A stretch of DNA of 64,000 nucleotides from contig NW_021836152.1 of NCBI RefSeq assembly GCF_006345805.1, positions 1 through 64,000 on the forward strand, read 5' to 3'. Each line of letters starts with the position of its first letter. Position 1 is the stretch's first letter. Below are positions 61,281 through 64,000 of this stretch, piece after piece. The notes beneath the pieces are model-generated. The model had not been told where the DNA came from. It searched no databases and saw only the letters and a program-made list of their open reading frames with translations. Made by a program: the position numbers and the translations under genes. The DNA comes from Octopus sinensis. Lineage: Eukaryota.

Positions 61281-61666
61281 CAAAGTTGAAAATTTCATGA
61301 GAGAACAAAGGTATGAGTCAGGGAAGATGGTAAGTCTCTCAAAACCTGCAGCAGGAAGTCTCCTTCGTTAGTATGTCTTTGATTGCGCAAAAGTGTTTAG
61401 ATCCCTAACAGGACTAAAAGATACACGTCCCTGCTTCGTTGAGTAAACAAATGTGGCATATTTCGGAATCAAGTTGCAACCATAACATGTGTGTGTTTGT
61501 TTATGTGTCATTGTGCCTTTCTGTTTGGGTGTATGTGTGTGTTTTTAGAGGACATGAATTACGTATTTAATTTTAATAAGCTCACTGCAGTTTCTAGTAG
61601 TTACAGTGCATGCAGAGATGGGTGCTTGGGAATAAGCTTATAGTTTCTTCGAAGCTTCTAAAACGA
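61281..61666 (-). repeat. Right copy of the ~387-bp inverted repeat (partner 51890-52277)
   Basis: Reverse complement of the left copy; directly abuts the family D 3' end. Confidence 0.92.
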
Positions 61667-62025
61667 TATATAAATATGCATATATGTGTTTGCTTAAGAT
61701 TGTTTGAATGCGTCTGTGTGTATGCAGTGGGGACCCAAGATCTTTTTTGTTTCCAAAAAATTACTATGTTAGTCGGGAATCGCAATTTGTAACAAATGGA
61801 CACATTTTCATGTATTCTATGTTGTAGCAGACCAGAAACATATAAAACAGTTATGCTCTGAAAAATCTTGGTCCCGGCAATTTTTTTGGTGTCGGATGTG
61901 CCAGAAAGGGTGTTACCCGGGCAACTAGGGCAACACCCCTGCCTCAACCACTGGTATCTATGTAGACATGTAAGCTTGTTGCATTTATATGTGGATGGAT
62001 GGACGTATGTATGCAGGTAAGCTTG

Positions 62026-62137
62026 ATGTATGTATGTATGTATGTATGTATGTATGTATGTATGTATGTATGTATGTATGTATGTATGTATGTATGTATG
62101 TATGTATGTATGTGTGTATGTATGTATGCATGTATGT
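62026..62137. repeat. (TATG)n microsatellite
   Basis: Directly visible. Confidence 0.97.
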
Positions 62138-62339
62138 AAGTATTATGAATTGTGTACGCGTGTGTGATTTATTGTGTCACCACTATACAAAAAGGTAAAC
62201 AATTCTAATTTCTTACAGAGAGAAAGTTGTGTGAAATATTTTGAGAAGAGGATTGTTGTCTATTTTAGGACCAAAGCTTTGTTGTTTACTTCACTTGACT
62301 TAACATTTAGAACATACTTAAACAACCAGCCACTGTCTT

Positions 62340-64000
62340 GTGTGTCCCGACTACTACTCCTAGAGCCCATAGAAGATTGTTTTTAGTCAACCATCCATCA
62401 TGTCAGCTACCTACGCATCGAAACTGAGATCTGCAAGTAGGGCTTCTCATCAAGATGATGGTCCTACCAATAGTCAGCTCAACGAACAGTTGCTGTTGCT
62501 CAAACAAGAGGTTGAGCACTTAAAGTCTGTTGTTGCTCTCTTACTGAATAAACAGTCTCCTGTTGACGCAGAGTCACCCTTGATTTCTTCCCTGGAGACG
62601 TCCAAACCGAAGGGAACAAAATCGAGGCGGCCAAATAAGGCGAAGGAACCGGCGGTCGTTTCTGCACATGATCGTTCCCGTGCGGATTCTTCCTCATCTG
62701 CCTTTTCGGTCCCGGAGGTTCCCCAACCTAATTTGAGGAGCGTAGACTCAAACCCACCTGAAGACCGTTGTTCTCCCCAACAGAAGAAACGTAGTCAAAA
62801 CTCCAGTGGGGCGGATTTAGCTATGAAACCTGACCACGATAAACGGTCTCCTGTTGACGCAGGGTCACCCTTGATTTCTTCCCTGGAGACGTCCAAACCG
62901 AAGGGAACAAAATCGAAGCGGCCAAAGAAGACGAAGGAACCGGCGGTCGTTCCTGCACATGATCGTTCCTGTGCAGATTCTTCCTCATCTGCCTTTTCGG
63001 TCCCGGAGGTTCCCCAACCTAGTTCGAGGAGCGTAGACTCAAACCCACCTGAAGACCGTTGTTCTCCCCAAAAGAAGAAACGTAGTCAAAACTCCAGAGG
63101 GGCAGATTTGGCTATGAAACCTGATCACGATAAAATCCGTATGGGTTCTCCCTCACCTGTCCTTCCCATTAATGCCATTGCTCAACCAATTCTGAACGAT
63201 CTCGATGTGGGTTCATCTGGGGAGTGGTGCTCCCCCAAACCGAAGAAGAGGCAGTGCAGTTCCAAACCAGGCGGGAAAATTATGACCACTAAATCCATTC
63301 CGATCGACCCCACAGGCCGACATAAGTCCGATGGCTATGAAACCACCCTTTCGAAATCCTCCAATGAAGAATCGAATACCGCAGCTCATAGTAGAGAACT
63401 TTTTGCCCACTCAAGATCGGCAATAATATATGGCAAGGCTGAATCCACCTGTGATACAGGCATAAACCGCCTAAAAGATGACATTAATTTTGTTTCCGTT
63501 TTGGTTGGAAAATTGTTCTCTGTGAACGAAAATGTCAGTGTTCTTAAGGTCGCTCGGCTAGGAAGATTCCAAGCGAATCCAACCGCAGATACTAGACCAC
63601 GCCCAATAAGGGTAATCTTTTCTTCTGATCGGGAGGCTTCAGTCTTTCTGAACAGAGCTCAGACGCATGCCTGGGAGGACCCCAATATGGGTTTTCGCGA
63701 GGAATACTCACTAAGAGAGAGAATTCGCCGGAGGAACCTGATATCCGAGCTAAAGATGAGGAAACAAATGGGAGAGAAGGGTTTACGAATCCAAGATGGA
63801 CAGATAATCAAGTCCTACCTCTGGTCCCATGCTGTAGTGCTGACAGGGAAAGTGATGTGAGGGCAAATCGAAGTGAAGTTGATACCCCCGTCAACGATGC
63901 TATCTCTGATGCCCTTTATTCTGCTTGTTCCCCAACTCCCGCCCCTCAGACTTCACAGCTCAGCATCGTCTACACCAACTCGTGCTCCTTATTCCCAAAG
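62340..64000 (+). mobile_element. Family C LINE, 5' part (complete ORF1, start of ORF2), continues beyond the window
   Basis: 63389-64000 is nearly identical to 21186-21794; 5' boundary uncertain. Confidence 0.9.
62400..63860 (+). CDS. Family C ORF1 (486 aa): N-terminal coiled coil, 97-aa tandem duplication, C-terminal LINE ORF1-type domain
   Basis: LLLLKQEVEHLKSVV heptad-like stretch; RPRPIRVIF..ER.RRR.LI.ELK.R...GE..LRI.DG.I C-terminal motif; ATG to TGA open. Confidence 0.85.
   Translation: MSATYASKLRSASRASHQDDGPTNSQLNEQLLLLKQEVEHLKSVVALLLNKQSPVDAESPLISSLETSKPKGTKSRRPNKAKEPAVVSAHDRSRADSSSSAFSVPEVPQPNLRSVDSNPPEDRCSPQQKKRSQNSSGADLAMKPDHDKRSPVDAGSPLISSLETSKPKGTKSKRPKKTKEPAVVPAHDRSCADSSSSAFSVPEVPQPSSRSVDSNPPEDRCSPQKKKRSQNSRGADLAMKPDHDKIRMGSPSPVLPINAIAQPILNDLDVGSSGEWCSPKPKKRQCSSKPGGKIMTTKSIPIDPTGRHKSDGYETTLSKSSNEESNTAAHSRELFAHSRSAIIYGKAESTCDTGINRLKDDINFVSVLVGKLFSVNENVSVLKVARLGRFQANPTADTRPRPIRVIFSSDREASVFLNRAQTHAWEDPNMGFREEYSLRERIRRRNLISELKMRKQMGEKGLRIQDGQIIKSYLWSHAVVLTGKVM

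Larger units (their letters stand above)
57228..61286 (+). mobile_element. CR1/L2-group APE-RT LINE family D, ORF1 and ORF2 open
   Basis: Two overlapping ORFs, short 3' UTR with hairpin GGCC-AATAAT-GGCC; 5' end follows a (TA)n tract. Boundaries approximate. Confidence 0.92.

Noticed and set aside
61250-61287. Hammerhead-like CTG-GGCC-AATAAT-GGCC-GAAAC in the LINE D 3' UTR
   Set aside because: The ANGA part of the core is absent and there is no stem I or III; better read as a LINE 3' recognition hairpin.

Overview
This is eukaryotic, very AT-rich, repeat-saturated DNA; I found no host protein-coding gene, rRNA, tRNA or CRISPR array. The repeat mix resembles an octopus/cephalopod genome, but that is my inference and is unverified. 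Left part (1-44.2 kb): a degenerate (ATT)n/(TAA)n microsatellite field acting as a landing pad for at least three families (here A, B, E) of R4/Dong-clade non-LTR retrotransposons (RT + CCHC knuckle + restriction-like endonuclease). It holds about 11 full, truncated, deleted, inverted or chimeric copies, plus a CR1/L2-group LINE (family C) and an unexplained GGAAAGTTCC satellite. Right part (44-64 kb): (TA)n-rich, with an intact Penelope-like element (895-aa RT + GIY-YIG ORF, direct and inverted pseudo-LTRs), several Penelope remnants, a second CR1/L2-group LINE (family D) with open ORF1 and ORF2, the 5' part of another family C copy, an RTE relic and SINE fragments. Two signals stand out. (1) A set of type-I hammerhead ribozyme motifs in the Penelope termini whose stem III is a different self-complementary octamer in each family (ACACGTGT, ACATATGT, ACAGCTGT), with an element layout compatible with a 3659-nt circular RNA intermediate. 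(2) Both APE-RT LINE families have an AUG-less ORF2 overlapping ORF1 in the -1 frame, with canonical slippery heptamers (G_GGU_UUA and U_UUU_UUA), suggesting gag-pol-like -1 frameshifting. All alignments and folds were done by eye; family letters are my own labels.
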